A DNA stretch of 64,000 nt from a virus, in the IMG/VR virus record IMGVR_UViG_3300035099_000047, positions 64,001 to 128,000 of that record. One strand, given 5' to 3'. The notes beneath the pieces are model-generated. The model was not told where the DNA came from. It made no database searches and saw only the letters and a list, made by a program, of their open reading frames with translations. Positions 37,074 to 46,993 of this stretch are shown here, in pieces; position 1 is the stretch's first letter; every line of letters begins with the position of its first letter. A program made the translations under genes and the position numbers.

Positions 37074-37908
37074 ACCTTCTCCTCTTTCGGAATACGGCAG
37101 TGATTCTTTTGTAAAAGTCGTTTGCTATTTCCGCGTGGATTTTCTCTACTCTACGGTGGAGTAGCTCGATATCCCGAGATTGCTCAAAACCCGGGTATGA
37201 CCTCCGAAAGTACCATCTATCAGCCGCTGCTTTATGAGCCTCACTAGCCGCATCATTCAACCTTCGGCTCCTAATTCTGTTCTTCAACCCCTTCAAGCTG
37301 AAACATCTAAAAGTGGCATTGTATGCACGTTCGCTCCATTCAATTGCTAAAACTACATAAGGCCAATCATCCTCAAGGGTTTTAGCCAAGTCCGGCGATT
37401 TCTGCTGAATTGATAAAATCTGGGGACGCCAATCGGATCCAACAGCCTTCGCCAATTCCATTGCTTGATGAGCCAAGTGTTCAGCTTGAGCCAACTTAAA
37501 GGTTAACTCAGTTTGGCTCAAAGATTCAACCAGGTCTTCAAACCGCAATTGACGCTGCCGCAATCGGGGAGTTGGTTCACCCTCCGGCAAACCACTCAAT
37601 ATCAATGTCAACTTGTACCGGCCTTGCCCATCTGGTTCACTCCGACTATGGTTGTTCAAAAAGAACGGAGCATTGGTGTGGCGAATAGCATCACGCAGAT
37701 TTCGGATGAAGGTTTTGACAACCATTTCAGGCCACACGTGAAGTCTAGGTATGGCCGTGAACTGGTAAACCCGTTGACCCCGCTGATCTTGGACGCTGGT
37801 CAAAGTCATGCGCTCAAACCAGTCGCGACTAGATCGGTCAACTAACCGGACAAATTCATCCATTACATCTGATACCAATAATGCTTGGGCTTCAGCGGAA
37901 AACGCCAC
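37060..37908 (-). CDS. Hypothetical protein
   Basis: Long ORF; internal RFEDLVESL. Confidence 0.6.
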   Translation of the reverse strand: MAFSAEAQALLVSDVMDEFVRLVDRSSRDWFERMTLTSVQDQRGQRVYQFTAIPRLHVWPEMVVKTFIRNLRDAIRHTNAPFFLNNHSRSEPDGQGRYKLTLILSGLPEGEPTPRLRQRQLRFEDLVESLSQTELTFKLAQAEHLAHQAMELAKAVGSDWRPQILSIQQKSPDLAKTLEDDWPYVVLAIEWSERAYNATFRCFSLKGLKNRIRSRRLNDAASEAHKAAADRWYFRRSYPGFEQSRDIELLHRRVEKIHAEIANDFYKRITAVFRKRRRYGPF

Positions 37909-38231
37909 ACCCAGAACCCTCTACCTATGTATTGGAAATAGCCTCCAACTTCTCTCCTTAGTCTGTTAATAACCAATTCTTGTTCATCAATGTTACCTTT
38001 ATCTTTCAATTCCATACGCAATTCATTTGCTTCTACATCGACCAACAAACTCATTATCTTCGCACGATGTTCCTCCACTATTTGACTGGCCCTGTCCAAG
38101 CTGTTTTCCAAATCAACCAACAACCATTCCATCATCTTGGTTCTAAAATCCTCATAGAACCGCCGCAGATGTGGATTCATTGTTTCCCCACCTTCGATCA
38201 AGTTATTAGTGACTTTTTCAAAGGGACCCAT
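37863..38231 (-). CDS. Hypothetical protein with CTS-like N-terminus
   Basis: MGPFEKVTNNLIE; paralog of the next gene (LRxFYxxxRxxxMEW). Confidence 0.7.
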   Translation of the reverse strand: MGPFEKVTNNLIEGGETMNPHLRRFYEDFRTKMMEWLLVDLENSLDRASQIVEEHRAKIMSLLVDVEANELRMELKDKGNIDEQELVINRLRREVGGYFQYIGRGFWVWRFPLKPKHYWYQM

Positions 38232-38241
38232 AAAATTACAG

Positions 38242-38616
38242 TTAAATCACTTTTGGGAACTCAATAGCAAAAAGCCATTCTATCCACTCCCCTTCCTCCT
38301 CATCAAACAGTACTCCCTCCGTAGCACTCTGTAGTTCGGCTATTAGATCTTCAGGAGATTCACCAGGGAGTATCCTAATTTTCCAACCTACCAAACCTTC
38401 TAAATCTACTTCCCCTTCTTCACACTTTTCCACGAAAGCAACCCGTGCACCATACTTGTTTAGTACCCGGTCCATTCTTTCTATAACATTGGGCACATCC
38501 GCCAATATCCATTCCATCACCCGGGCTCTATAACCAAGGTAAAATTGTCGCAGTTTGGGGTCCCGCAACTCTTCTGCCTCAACCAGCCGGTTTATGGTCT
38601 TTTCAAATCCATTCAT
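38242..38616 (-). CDS. Hypothetical protein with CTS-like N-terminus
   Basis: MNGFEKTINRLVE. Confidence 0.7.
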   Translation of the reverse strand: MNGFEKTINRLVEAEELRDPKLRQFYLGYRARVMEWILADVPNVIERMDRVLNKYGARVAFVEKCEEGEVDLEGLVGWKIRILPGESPEDLIAELQSATEGVLFDEEEGEWIEWLFAIEFPKVI

Positions 38617-38624
38617 GTATCACT

Positions 38625-39017
38625 TCAATACCCAAACACAGTTAGCAACCCATCAACCTCCTCGGGGGGTTCTGCAAAGCACTCATATAGCAATCTCCCA
38701 GGTGCTCTTGCCAACCGCCTACCCAACTTTTCATACCCTTTTTCTTCGCACCACTGTACCATTGATGATCTCAAATCAATCTCTGATTTTAACTTTTCTG
38801 TATAATCAGCAAATCCCCTTTTGGCTAGCTCACCTTCAAAATCCTTAGCAAAGCGATTCAAATCACGATCACGATAAACCTCAGCAGGTCCCAATATCGA
38901 AACACTACCGTGTCTGTGTGGATGATCCTTTAGACCTTCCAAACACAACTTCAAATAGTGTTTCAATTGGTTAGGGGTGAGATTACATCGCCTCCTCCAC
39001 GCAGTAGAAATCATCAT
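38625..39017 (-). CDS. Hypothetical protein
   Basis: Likely start MMISTAW, coupled to the upstream stop. Confidence 0.55.
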   Translation of the reverse strand: MMISTAWRRRCNLTPNQLKHYLKLCLEGLKDHPHRHGSVSILGPAEVYRDRDLNRFAKDFEGELAKRGFADYTEKLKSEIDLRSSMVQWCEEKGYEKLGRRLARAPGRLLYECFAEPPEEVDGLLTVFGY

Positions 39018-39640
39018 ACTATTTCCCCTGCCTCCACTGACGGTGTATTTGGTCGGAACAAATTGCACGTGAGCACCACGTACATGGGAACATTTGTGTT
39101 CCCCAAATAATTCCATTCGTGAACACTCAACACCTCATATTGATGATTTGCAAACCATAACCGATCCCCAGGGGCCGTCAAGAACCTGATAGGTCCGTTG
39201 TTGAAGTCTAACTGATCCGGCACAATTTTGGTAGGCCCTACGTACAATTCCCCTGCTCCTTGAACAGCTAATCCCAAATCTTCCAAAATGGGCAAACACG
39301 GGTATGCTAAAAGATCTCGCTTCTCATCAAGCCCAAACTTATTTAGCTCCTGCACCTTCGGCTGTATACTCACGTGGCAACGCAACTCGTATTGTTCCCA
39401 TTGCATATCGTTCTGAAGCACTTCCATGTGCAAATCATCTGTGAATTGGGTATTGGGAGTGGCGTTGCGCAAGTACGTGATCAAAGGAAAGCGGTGGAAC
39501 CAGGGGTCATCATCCCCAGCATTGCAACGTGGCCAGCCTCGATTGTAATCCCTTACAATTTGATAAAACGTAGAGAAGTCCGGTTCCAAGCTGGGAAAGC
39601 TGAACCTGGTACCAATGTAAGCTGGGCAATTGGTGGACAT
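39014..39640 (-). CDS. Head closure / neck protein (gp14-like)
   Basis: LNKFGLDEKRD...PGDRLWF...YEV. Confidence 0.65.
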   Translation of the reverse strand: MSTNCPAYIGTRFSFPSLEPDFSTFYQIVRDYNRGWPRCNAGDDDPWFHRFPLITYLRNATPNTQFTDDLHMEVLQNDMQWEQYELRCHVSIQPKVQELNKFGLDEKRDLLAYPCLPILEDLGLAVQGAGELYVGPTKIVPDQLDFNNGPIRFLTAPGDRLWFANHQYEVLSVHEWNYLGNTNVPMYVVLTCNLFRPNTPSVEAGEIV

Positions 39641-39684
39641 TAACGAACCCCACTTGTCAACATCATTCCCAAATCAGTGCTGAG

Positions 39685-40029
39685 TTAAGGTCGATTGTTC
39701 ACCTTTTTTAGCCACCCAGCAGCATCAGATACTACAAGTGGATTCCAACTTCCCCAATTCATCAAATGTCCAAACAACAGATGGTGACCGTACTGCTCAC
39801 ACAACGTAATCAAATTGCTTTCTACCAATTCCAACTTTGGAAACAAGTAATAAGGCTTGATGTGGTGGACATTCAAACCTATCTTACCACCACAAGCTGC
39901 ACAAGTAGGATGAACCTTCAGGAAAGACTCTCGCACTGCAGGCCAATGTGGCGATCTAACTACACCACAGACCATTGGAGGGGACGTGATAGGAACTACA
40001 AACTCATCCACTCCCATGTTCAATATCAT
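39685..40029 (-). CDS. Free-standing HNH endonuclease
   Basis: RSPHWPAVR...CAACG...VHHIKP...NLITLC...HHLLFGH. Confidence 0.85.
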   Translation of the reverse strand: MILNMGVDEFVVPITSPPMVCGVVRSPHWPAVRESFLKVHPTCAACGGKIGLNVHHIKPYYLFPKLELVESNLITLCEQYGHHLLFGHLMNWGSWNPLVVSDAAGWLKKVNNRP

Positions 40030-40186
40030 CGGGCTGATCTCTCAGCGTCTCAGCTAGTTCAGCAATAAGCACTTCAGCCATCTCTTCACTCATTTCAATC
40101 GAAATCACACCACGTGATATTTGGTCTCGGGTCTGCTCTATCAAACCAACCTTCATCCCTTCCAAGAGGCAGTCCAACGCCATCAT
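40004..40186 (-). CDS. Small hypothetical protein
   Basis: ORF in operon. Confidence 0.45.
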   Translation of the reverse strand: MMALDCLLEGMKVGLIEQTRDQISRGVISIEMSEEMAEVLIAELAETLRDQPDDIEHGSG

Positions 40187-40187
40187 T

Positions 40188-40349
40188 TCATTTGCCCCTA
40201 TGCTTAAAATACTGCACCTGTCTTTCCCGCCTCTCAGCCCCAGCCCGGGTATCGTAGGTGCCCAAGTTCTTGCCCTTTTTGCTGAGCAGACGCCATCTGC
40301 CGTTGGACAAATGGACTATACGTTCCACCAGTTGTTCAAAGCTGTTCAT
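40188..40349 (-). CDS. Small basic protein (53 aa) with CTS-like N-terminus
   Basis: Read manually: MNSFEQLVERIVHLSNGRWRLLSKKGKNLGTYDTRAGAERRERQVQYFKHRGK. Confidence 0.75.
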   Translation of the reverse strand: MNSFEQLVERIVHLSNGRWRLLSKKGKNLGTYDTRAGAERRERQVQYFKHRGK

Positions 40350-40357
40350 GATAATGC

Positions 40358-40654
40358 TTACCTCTCATACCATTTCAAAACGTCAATACCTTTGTCTGTA
40401 GTTTGCACTACCACCTCACCCCCGATCTCGAAACCCTTCGCACCAAGGATGAGTATTAACTTATGGGTATACAAAACATAAAGCAGTTCTACAAATAACC
40501 TGGAGTCCCTCACACCCAAATCCCTATAAAAATCGGATTTCAATTCGTCAATGGTAGCTCCTTTGATTGCAGTTTTGAGTATTGTTAACCAAGGAGCAGC
40601 GGTTCAGCCCCACCGTCGAACCGCTCTATCCACAGCTTTTTCAAACTCGCCCAT
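40358..40654 (-). pseudogene. Winged-helix paralog with in-frame TGA at 40604-40606
   Basis: MGEFEKAVDRAVRRWG*TAAPWLTILKTAIKGATIDEL...QTTDKGIDVLKWYER. Confidence 0.6.
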
Positions 40655-40986
40655 CAATCTCCCCTATCAAGCTCCCTAGCCATATCTTTGGGCGAACGCC
40701 TAAACACTATTGTGAGATTGTCCCGTTTAGCTGTAACAAGGGCAAAACCAGGATGCCTTAACAATGCAACCACATTGCGTTTGCGCAACAAGCCATCCTG
40801 TAAACTAACAAACCACAAGTTCTCCGTCTTTTCTACCTCTGCGTTAATTGCTTCCTCTTCCCAAATGGTTATTAGCACCTTCCGAATGTGGGTAGGCAAA
40901 GCTTCCCAACTGCTGGGTTCTACAAATCCGCCTTCCTGTTCCATCAACAGGGCGTGTAATGCTTCAGCTAGTAGTGCCGGCTCCAC
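40654..40986 (-). CDS. Hypothetical protein
   Basis: ORF in operon. Confidence 0.55.
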   Translation of the reverse strand: MEPALLAEALHALLMEQEGGFVEPSSWEALPTHIRKVLITIWEEEAINAEVEKTENLWFVSLQDGLLRKRNVVALLRHPGFALVTAKRDNLTIVFRRSPKDMARELDRGD

Positions 40987-41040
40987 GTCTAACCCCTCTA
41001 ATTGGTTGCCTAGCCAACGCTAGACTGTAAGCGGGTACTT

Positions 41041-41310
41041 TTACACTATAGGCACGTCGCGAGTGCCTACCCGCACGCTAGACGGCTCTCGCTGTAACCG
41101 GTCAACTATTTCAAGAGCGCGCATAAGTAACGATTTGATACGTTCCAACAACTCACTCAACCCCCGACCGCGGAACTCGGGCACGCGGGCAGTCAATTGA
41201 CTAACCTTGGCTGCCATTACACTAACTTGATTAGCCAAATCAGTGAGGTCTTCTTGCAAGCAAAGGTCCTCATTCAGCAGCTTCTCCGCTTCGGCCTCTA
41301 TAGAATCCAT
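41041..41310 (-). CDS. Coiled-coil protein with CTS-like N-terminus
   Basis: MDSIEAEAEKLLNE. Confidence 0.65.
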   Translation of the reverse strand: MDSIEAEAEKLLNEDLCLQEDLTDLANQVSVMAAKVSQLTARVPEFRGRGLSELLERIKSLLMRALEIVDRLQREPSSVRVGTRDVPIV

Positions 41311-41311
41311 A

Positions 41312-41632
41312 TCACCTTGCTCCCAGAAAACGCAGTCCGGCCTCCCGCTCCAAATATCCTAGGGACGTCAGTGCTGCTTGTACTTGTTGAACAGCAGACG
41401 AAAAATACTGATCTCCTTTGCCCTTTTGGAAATGAGCCAAATTCAAATGGGCATTGTACAAATACTTGTAAGCACTGGCAATCCTCTTGGCTACATTGTC
41501 GGGAACTGCAGACTGGACTGCAGCACCAGAACTCGGCCTCCGTCCAGTGGACTGGGGTGGAGGTGGAGGGACCTGACCAGCTTCTCCTAACAAGCGATCA
41601 ACTGCCTCTAAAAAACTATCCATTTGATTCAC
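41312..41632 (-). CDS. Hypothetical protein with CTS-like N-terminus
   Basis: MDSFLEAVDRLLGE. Confidence 0.7.
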   Translation of the reverse strand: MNQMDSFLEAVDRLLGEAGQVPPPPPQSTGRRPSSGAAVQSAVPDNVAKRIASAYKYLYNAHLNLAHFQKGKGDQYFSSAVQQVQAALTSLGYLEREAGLRFLGAR

Positions 41633-41650
41633 TCCTATATGCTGTGGTTT

Positions 41651-41992
41651 TCAAAATCGCTCATAGGGCTCTTCCTCCACTTCTTCCTCCTCATCGCGCC
41701 CTGGAGGACCTTCTTTGGTAACCCACCCCTGATTCCGCACAAATTCATCATCTGGAGTCTGTGGGAATAGTTGGCCTTTAATAGGTACAGGAAGCTGATT
41801 CTTCACGTGTTCCAAGAAAGTCAGGAACCGAGCCAACAACCGACCCTTGATGGCCGTAAGGTGTCGATCGCTCCACCGCAGCAGTACTGCCTCCAGATCC
41901 CCAACACTGTATTCAGGCTCTGGAGTTGTGGTGAGTTCGTGTTCTGGCTGCTCAGCAAGCAACTGACGGACTGTCTGTTCAAATTGGTCCAT
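41651..41992 (-). CDS. Hypothetical protein with CTS-like N-terminus
   Basis: MDQFEQTVRQLLAE. Confidence 0.7.
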   Translation of the reverse strand: MDQFEQTVRQLLAEQPEHELTTTPEPEYSVGDLEAVLLRWSDRHLTAIKGRLLARFLTFLEHVKNQLPVPIKGQLFPQTPDDEFVRNQGWVTKEGPPGRDEEEEVEEEPYERF

Positions 41993-42080
41993 TGTTTCAC
42001 CTTTTTACCTCTGAAACAAAATAGTCAAAACTACAAGTTCCTCAACTCGCCAAATCAAGGCACCCGCTCCATTGTTGATT

Positions 42081-42470
42081 TCAAGCATTCTCTCTATTCA
42101 AAACAACTTCCTCAACTAGGAGGGCTAACTCTTCTGGCGAAAGTTGATTTCTGAACCAATACACTCCGACTACCACCTCAAGTGTTGAGGAATGATATGA
42201 TTTGGGCCAATGATACGCATTTGGGTGCCGAATGCGAGTTTTACCACTTGGAGTTGTGTAATACCAAGATTCTCCGAACAACTGAGGCGGATCATCGTTA
42301 AACAAAAACCTCACGGGGCAAGTGTTATGAGCTCTCACCGCTTTACGAGCTAAACGTCTTGCTTTCAAAAAGGCTCTGGCTCTTCGGCCTTCTTCTGCTG
42401 GAAAAAATGGCAAACCAGGTCCACCCTGTTCTACCAAATACTCAACAGCACTTTTAAACAAGCGACTCAT
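42081..42470 (-). CDS. Hypothetical protein with CTS-like N-terminus
   Basis: MSRLFKSAVEYLVE. Confidence 0.65.
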   Translation of the reverse strand: MSRLFKSAVEYLVEQGGPGLPFFPAEEGRRARAFLKARRLARKAVRAHNTCPVRFLFNDDPPQLFGESWYYTTPSGKTRIRHPNAYHWPKSYHSSTLEVVVGVYWFRNQLSPEELALLVEEVVLNRENA

Positions 42471-42844
42471 TCAAAAGACTCCCACTCATCAGCCCAATCT
42501 TCTGGTTCTATCATTTGACGTATGTGATGCAAGGCGGCGTCTGCCTCTACTTCATTATCAAATATCAAGTTGATATATCCAGGTGGATCGTGTTCTTCTT
42601 GAAACACAAAGCCCAAATCCACTAGGTATGCAATGGCTTCTCTGGCTCTGTAGCTATCCCGAAAGCCAAACTCAACCCTCTCCCAACGGTACTCCATGGG
42701 TTCGGATTCCTCGGGTTCAGGCGGTTTTGGTTCTGTGGCTCGATAGGGTTGAGTCCCATAATGGAAACCATTGCCTCCCAGGGGGAACCCGTGGTGAGGT
42801 AGGTCCTCCACCAAACGGTGGACCTGGTACTCGAATGGGCCCAT
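42467..42844 (-). CDS. Acidic protein with CTS-like N-terminus
   Basis: MGPFEYQVHRLVE. Confidence 0.7.
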   Translation of the reverse strand: MGPFEYQVHRLVEDLPHHGFPLGGNGFHYGTQPYRATEPKPPEPEESEPMEYRWERVEFGFRDSYRAREAIAYLVDLGFVFQEEHDPPGYINLIFDNEVEADAALHHIRQMIEPEDWADEWESFE

Positions 42845-42848
42845 GCTA

Positions 42849-45125
42849 TCAACCCTCGATTGCAGCCAGAGTGAATGGGTACGACTTGAGGTAGGCTTCG
42901 ATTTTAGTTAGCATTGCATCTCCACGAGTGCGCATTGCTTCAACGTCCATTTGAACCGGACCAGTGGGGCCTGGTATCTCGTTGCCGAACGTGCCAAGTA
43001 TATCAGCCAAGGTAAGCCTACAGTAAGCTTCCACTGTATCCAGAAAACGGCTTTGGAGGGTTTGGGGAAGAGTGGTAATGGTGTGTTGGTATGATAAAAT
43101 GTAATTTATGTGGTAAGGTGACGCCGGATGCCACAACACAAGCCATTTCTTCTCCGGATCAAAAATCCAATCAGGTTCAAGACTCCTGGCCCGGAGTACT
43201 GATTTTCTTTGTGCTAGTAACTCCGGCAGGGTGGTATTGTGCACAAATACTCCAGAAGATACTGCAAAATTATGATACTCCGGAACTGTCAAATCATACA
43301 CATCTTCATAACCAACAAATTCGACTGACACAACCTTGTGATTGGTTGGTTGGAATTGGTTTATTCCATGGGTTCTTATCATATGGGTCTTATACCCTCG
43401 GCCCTTCTTACACTTTTTACCACAACGGAAACAAATCTGATATTCTACCTTACCATGAGAATTTTGTTTGTGACGTTTCAATCCTGCTTCACTATTGCAA
43501 ACTGTTCCACAAATGTCGCAGATAGTTTCTTTGTGCCCCACATGAACTGTGCGGTGATGCCTCTGTAATCCCATTTCATTTTTGCAAACTTTACCACAAA
43601 TTTCGCAGGTTGCTGGTGTGTGCTCTCCATGAGCACTTTTCATGTGAACCACCAACGAACCCTTGTTCTCACAATCCCTACTGCAAATTGGACAAATCAC
43701 GGGCTCGGGGTCGCCGTGATACCTCTTTTTGTGTTGGGCTAAATGTCCAACATTAAAACAAATTTCCCCACAAATGTCACAAACGGCTGGAGTGGTGGCT
43801 AACTTCCTGGCGTTCTCCACACACCAAGCTTTGTACTTTTCATCCTCTCGGTGTCGCCTTTTCATTCTATCCTTGAAAAGCTGTACATTATTTGGGTCGT
43901 CCCAAAACTCGTCTCTCCCTTTTGCTATATTTAACTGAAAGATCGGATCTTTGTGCCGTTCTACCATCCTTTTGGATTGTCGTTCCCGACCTCCCTCTTC
44001 GTCCCAATATCTACGACCCCCTTCACTACGGGCCTTAACGAATTCCGAATCCTGACACAGCTTGGTCATGACTTCGGAGTTGACAGTAGCCATTTTGGCT
44101 ACGTACTCTGGATCGGACCAAAGCTTGGCCATGTGCTCCACCGCAAACTGAGAATGAAACTGCAAATGATCCTCATAAACCATCCATACCAAATTGTCTG
44201 GGCGATTGTTTCGCTTGTTAAAATCCAAGTGGTGGCGTATGCTACCTCTAATCCCTCCATGGAATACCAACTTGTTATTCTCATCTACAGTAGCCGACCT
44301 GTTTACGAATTCGGCTACTCGCTTGTGAGTGAATTCCCACTTGTTTGCAGTGGGGTCGAGGAATTCTTCGTAACCATCGCAGTATCCATTTTCTTGCTTG
44401 GCAGACATCCTGCGGTACAAAGGCATCAAGCTATCGCCTGGTTGTAAGTCCTTAGTTGCTTTGTATTCTCTATTTTTCATCAGCCACAAGTGATCAGGTG
44501 TAACTTTTTCGGACATTCCATTGTCCAGAATCACCTTGAACACAGGCACATTGATCCCGCTTCTGAAAGGTTTCCCTGCCTTGCCTGGCACTATCTTTCG
44601 TCTCTGATGATCGTAACTGTAAAGCCAGATTTGGCCTGCATAATCAAATAGTTCCTCAATTGTCCGCTCGGTACCATCTAGCAAAGGGATCTTTGTGTCT
44701 TTAGTCAAACATTGGGGGGTTCCCGGGCCTATACGATTTGCAGAAATTGTACCAGTTGTAAACGGAGAAGAGGTCAACAAACGTGATGTTAAATTGAAAA
44801 TTGAAATATCGATAATAGGACTGTAATCTTTTGGGGGTAGGAATTCTACATCTGCAACTCCAAGCAAACCCTCTTCTGCACTTAGATCAATATAGCTACT
44901 TTCTGTTTGCAAACTTATTTCTCCACTAGGGCTCCCCACATAAGCATATCGGCGTTCCTTCCGGTTCACGTACTGATTGAACAAGTCCAATGCCCGATCA
45001 ATAGCTTCTTGGTAATGGTCAATGTTTTCCCCACTACCACCGCTTTGCACCAGGGCCAAACACCGAGCCCCATAGCCCAGTCGAACCTTAATTTTCTGTG
45101 CAATTTGCCCAGCAGTTAGATTCAT
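42849..45125 (-). CDS. Neck / head-tail adaptor protein (gp13-like) interrupted by an intein (spliced ~266 aa)
   Basis: IKVRLG...AIDRAL...IPGPTGPVQMDVEAMRTRG; position between capsid and tail genes. Confidence 0.75.
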   Translation of the reverse strand: MNLTAGQIAQKIKVRLGYGARCLALVQSGGSGENIDHYQEAIDRALDLFNQYVNRKERRYAYVGSPSGEISLQTESSYIDLSAEEGLLGVADVEFLPPKDYSPIIDISIFNLTSRLLTSSPFTTGTISANRIGPGTPQCLTKDTKIPLLDGTERTIEELFDYAGQIWLYSYDHQRRKIVPGKAGKPFRSGINVPVFKVILDNGMSEKVTPDHLWLMKNREYKATKDLQPGDSLMPLYRRMSAKQENGYCDGYEEFLDPTANKWEFTHKRVAEFVNRSATVDENNKLVFHGGIRGSIRHHLDFNKRNNRPDNLVWMVYEDHLQFHSQFAVEHMAKLWSDPEYVAKMATVNSEVMTKLCQDSEFVKARSEGGRRYWDEEGGRERQSKRMVERHKDPIFQLNIAKGRDEFWDDPNNVQLFKDRMKRRHREDEKYKAWCVENARKLATTPAVCDICGEICFNVGHLAQHKKRYHGDPEPVICPICSRDCENKGSLVVHMKSAHGEHTPATCEICGKVCKNEMGLQRHHRTVHVGHKETICDICGTVCNSEAGLKRHKQNSHGKVEYQICFRCGKKCKKGRGYKTHMIRTHGINQFQPTNHKVVSVEFVGYEDVYDLTVPEYHNFAVSSGVFVHNTTLPELLAQRKSVLRARSLEPDWIFDPEKKWLVLWHPASPYHINYILSYQHTITTLPQTLQSRFLDTVEAYCRLTLADILGTFGNEIPGPTGPVQMDVEAMRTRGDAMLTKIEAYLKSYPFTLAAIEG
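43236..44711 (-). mobile_element. Intein (492 aa) with HNH endonuclease and five C2H2 zinc fingers
   Basis: CLTKDTKIPLLDG...VTPDHLW...RHHLDFNKRNNRPDNL...5x CxxC-x12-H-x4-H...HNFAVSSGVFVHN/T. Confidence 0.93.
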
Positions 45126-45126
45126 A

Positions 45127-46407
45127 TCAATCCAGTCTTTTCTTTGCCACATAAGTCTGATAACCCTCCCACAAACCTGGATCCGTTCTCAACAGCTTTT
45201 CGGCCTTTGGCCACCTTCCACCAATCACGTGGCTAGCATATAGATAGCTAAAATCGACCGTAGTAAGTATGGCCGGTTCCCCCAACCGGAACCGCTTGTT
45301 TCCCAAGGGACCCCTAGCATAACGGTAGGCCGCTTCCGGATCTTTGGCCATAGCAGGTTCCCCCATAGGAAACGGCCCATGAAGCGTCTCCGATGCATAC
45401 CCCAAGGCTATCTTAGCGTTCTTGGACATGGCTGGTTCACCAGCTGGGAATGGGCCAACGATCTCGGAGTAATCAAGAGAACTCTTACCGTTCCTGGCAA
45501 TTTCGGGCTCCATCTCAGGCCAACCCTCGGATCCTATGAATTTACGTATGTATTCTATTAAGTGCTCACTTTTAGCAATGGCCGGTTCCCCCAGTGGAAA
45601 TCGTCTGCCTAGCACTTCATGAGCATACCTATAGGCAGCATCACCATCCTTGGCAATGGCCTCTTCACCTTCAGGCCATTCCCCTCCCACTATTCGCTTA
45701 GCATAACCAAATGCCTGATCACCACTTGGGTTAGGTGGAGGGGTCAGCAAACGATTCAACAAAGGCCCAGGCTCCATAGGCTGGTCCTGTACGTCCATCA
45801 CTTGACTGTAATCAGGCGTGTATTGCATGAAAGGAACTCCGTCCTTCAACACAACGTAGATGGCTCCAAAATCCTCCAAATAGCTGCGAGCCCAACTAGA
45901 ATTAGCTCCACGAGTACACCACCTAGTGCCCTCCCCTAAAATCCCCAAGCTCCTTGGATCAGTAACACGCAAGGTGATATAAGGGCCGTCAACCTTATTC
46001 ACTTCAACCCCTTCTAATCCAGATATCTTGCTTGCCACCTCCGCAGGCACCCGCAGCACCTCTGGCCTTTCTTGTTGCACAGCCCGTTGCAAATCACCGA
46101 AAGTAGGGTAACGGTGAATATCACGATTCAACTGGCTAGAAGGCTTGCGTTTTAGTTCAGTGAAATGTTGCAAATACTCTTTGACTTTTTCCGCGTCTTC
46201 AGGCAGAATGACTTGATGAGTTACCCATTGCCTCAAAATCCAACTGTCGTATTGTTTATCAGGTGTTGGATCTGCATCGTCAACCAACCGAGTAATGGTA
46301 CCCACCGGCAAATCCAATACCCTGTGCGCTTTCTCCAACTGACTAGACTGTATGCCTTCTTGGAGCATTTGCCGAACCAAACGCGGGTATGGGATTCTAT
46401 AGGTCAT
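45127..46407 (-). CDS. Putative internal protein: GTxWCT domain plus ~23-aa helical repeats
   Basis: DPTPDKQYDSWI...GEGTRWCT...; repeats YA..(V/L)..(W/F)P.GEPA(I/M)AK. Confidence 0.75.
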   Translation of the reverse strand: MTYRIPYPRLVRQMLQEGIQSSQLEKAHRVLDLPVGTITRLVDDADPTPDKQYDSWILRQWVTHQVILPEDAEKVKEYLQHFTELKRKPSSQLNRDIHRYPTFGDLQRAVQQERPEVLRVPAEVASKISGLEGVEVNKVDGPYITLRVTDPRSLGILGEGTRWCTRGANSSWARSYLEDFGAIYVVLKDGVPFMQYTPDYSQVMDVQDQPMEPGPLLNRLLTPPPNPSGDQAFGYAKRIVGGEWPEGEEAIAKDGDAAYRYAHEVLGRRFPLGEPAIAKSEHLIEYIRKFIGSEGWPEMEPEIARNGKSSLDYSEIVGPFPAGEPAMSKNAKIALGYASETLHGPFPMGEPAMAKDPEAAYRYARGPLGNKRFRLGEPAILTTVDFSYLYASHVIGGRWPKAEKLLRTDPGLWEGYQTYVAKKRLD

Positions 46408-46579
46408 GTTCGTTTCTCGCCGAGGCCCCATCTCTTGAAAAGTAAAGGGGAACGATTTCTTCTTCATTTTGAAGCATTTTTGCGGGAACCCCACCATAAG
46501 GGACCCTTTTTACCCACTCAGTCTCAAATGGGCTAGCAAGACTGAATCCGGAGGAATTCACCATCACGCTCATTTCTGA

Positions 46580-46933
46580 TCAATGTCCAGCGATGTTTTT
46601 CTTTTGGGCTCGTTCATATCGCCTCAGGACCTTCCTCCCTTTTTCAGTGGTTTGGTAGACACTGTTTCCTGGGGGACCGAGTTTAATAAGCAATCCTTGA
46701 TCTGTCACTGGTGTTCTCCCCCCACTCACAATATAACCAGGCCAAATACCCAAAGCGTAAAGGTCTGTGTTCACATCCGTGAGTCTCGTGGAGGCTCCAA
46801 CTGCTCTCCTAGCATCAACCAACTCTTTATAAATGCACCCCTTCAAAGCTGCTCTCAACATAGCAGCTTGACTGCTGGGTATTGTCCGCTTTGCCTCAAC
46901 CAGTTGTTCAACCATACGCCGGAATCTTACCAT
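46580..46933 (-). CDS. Winged-helix protein with CTS-like N-terminus
   Basis: MVRFRRMVEQLVE...MLRAALKGC...YQTTEKGRKVLRRY. Confidence 0.7.
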   Translation of the reverse strand: MVRFRRMVEQLVEAKRTIPSSQAAMLRAALKGCIYKELVDARRAVGASTRLTDVNTDLYALGIWPGYIVSGGRTPVTDQGLLIKLGPPGNSVYQTTEKGRKVLRRYERAQKKNIAGH

Positions 46934-46993
46934 TACCACCAACTCCAATCCTGAACTCTCCACCGTTCCAACCATCTTTTCCAAACCATTTCA

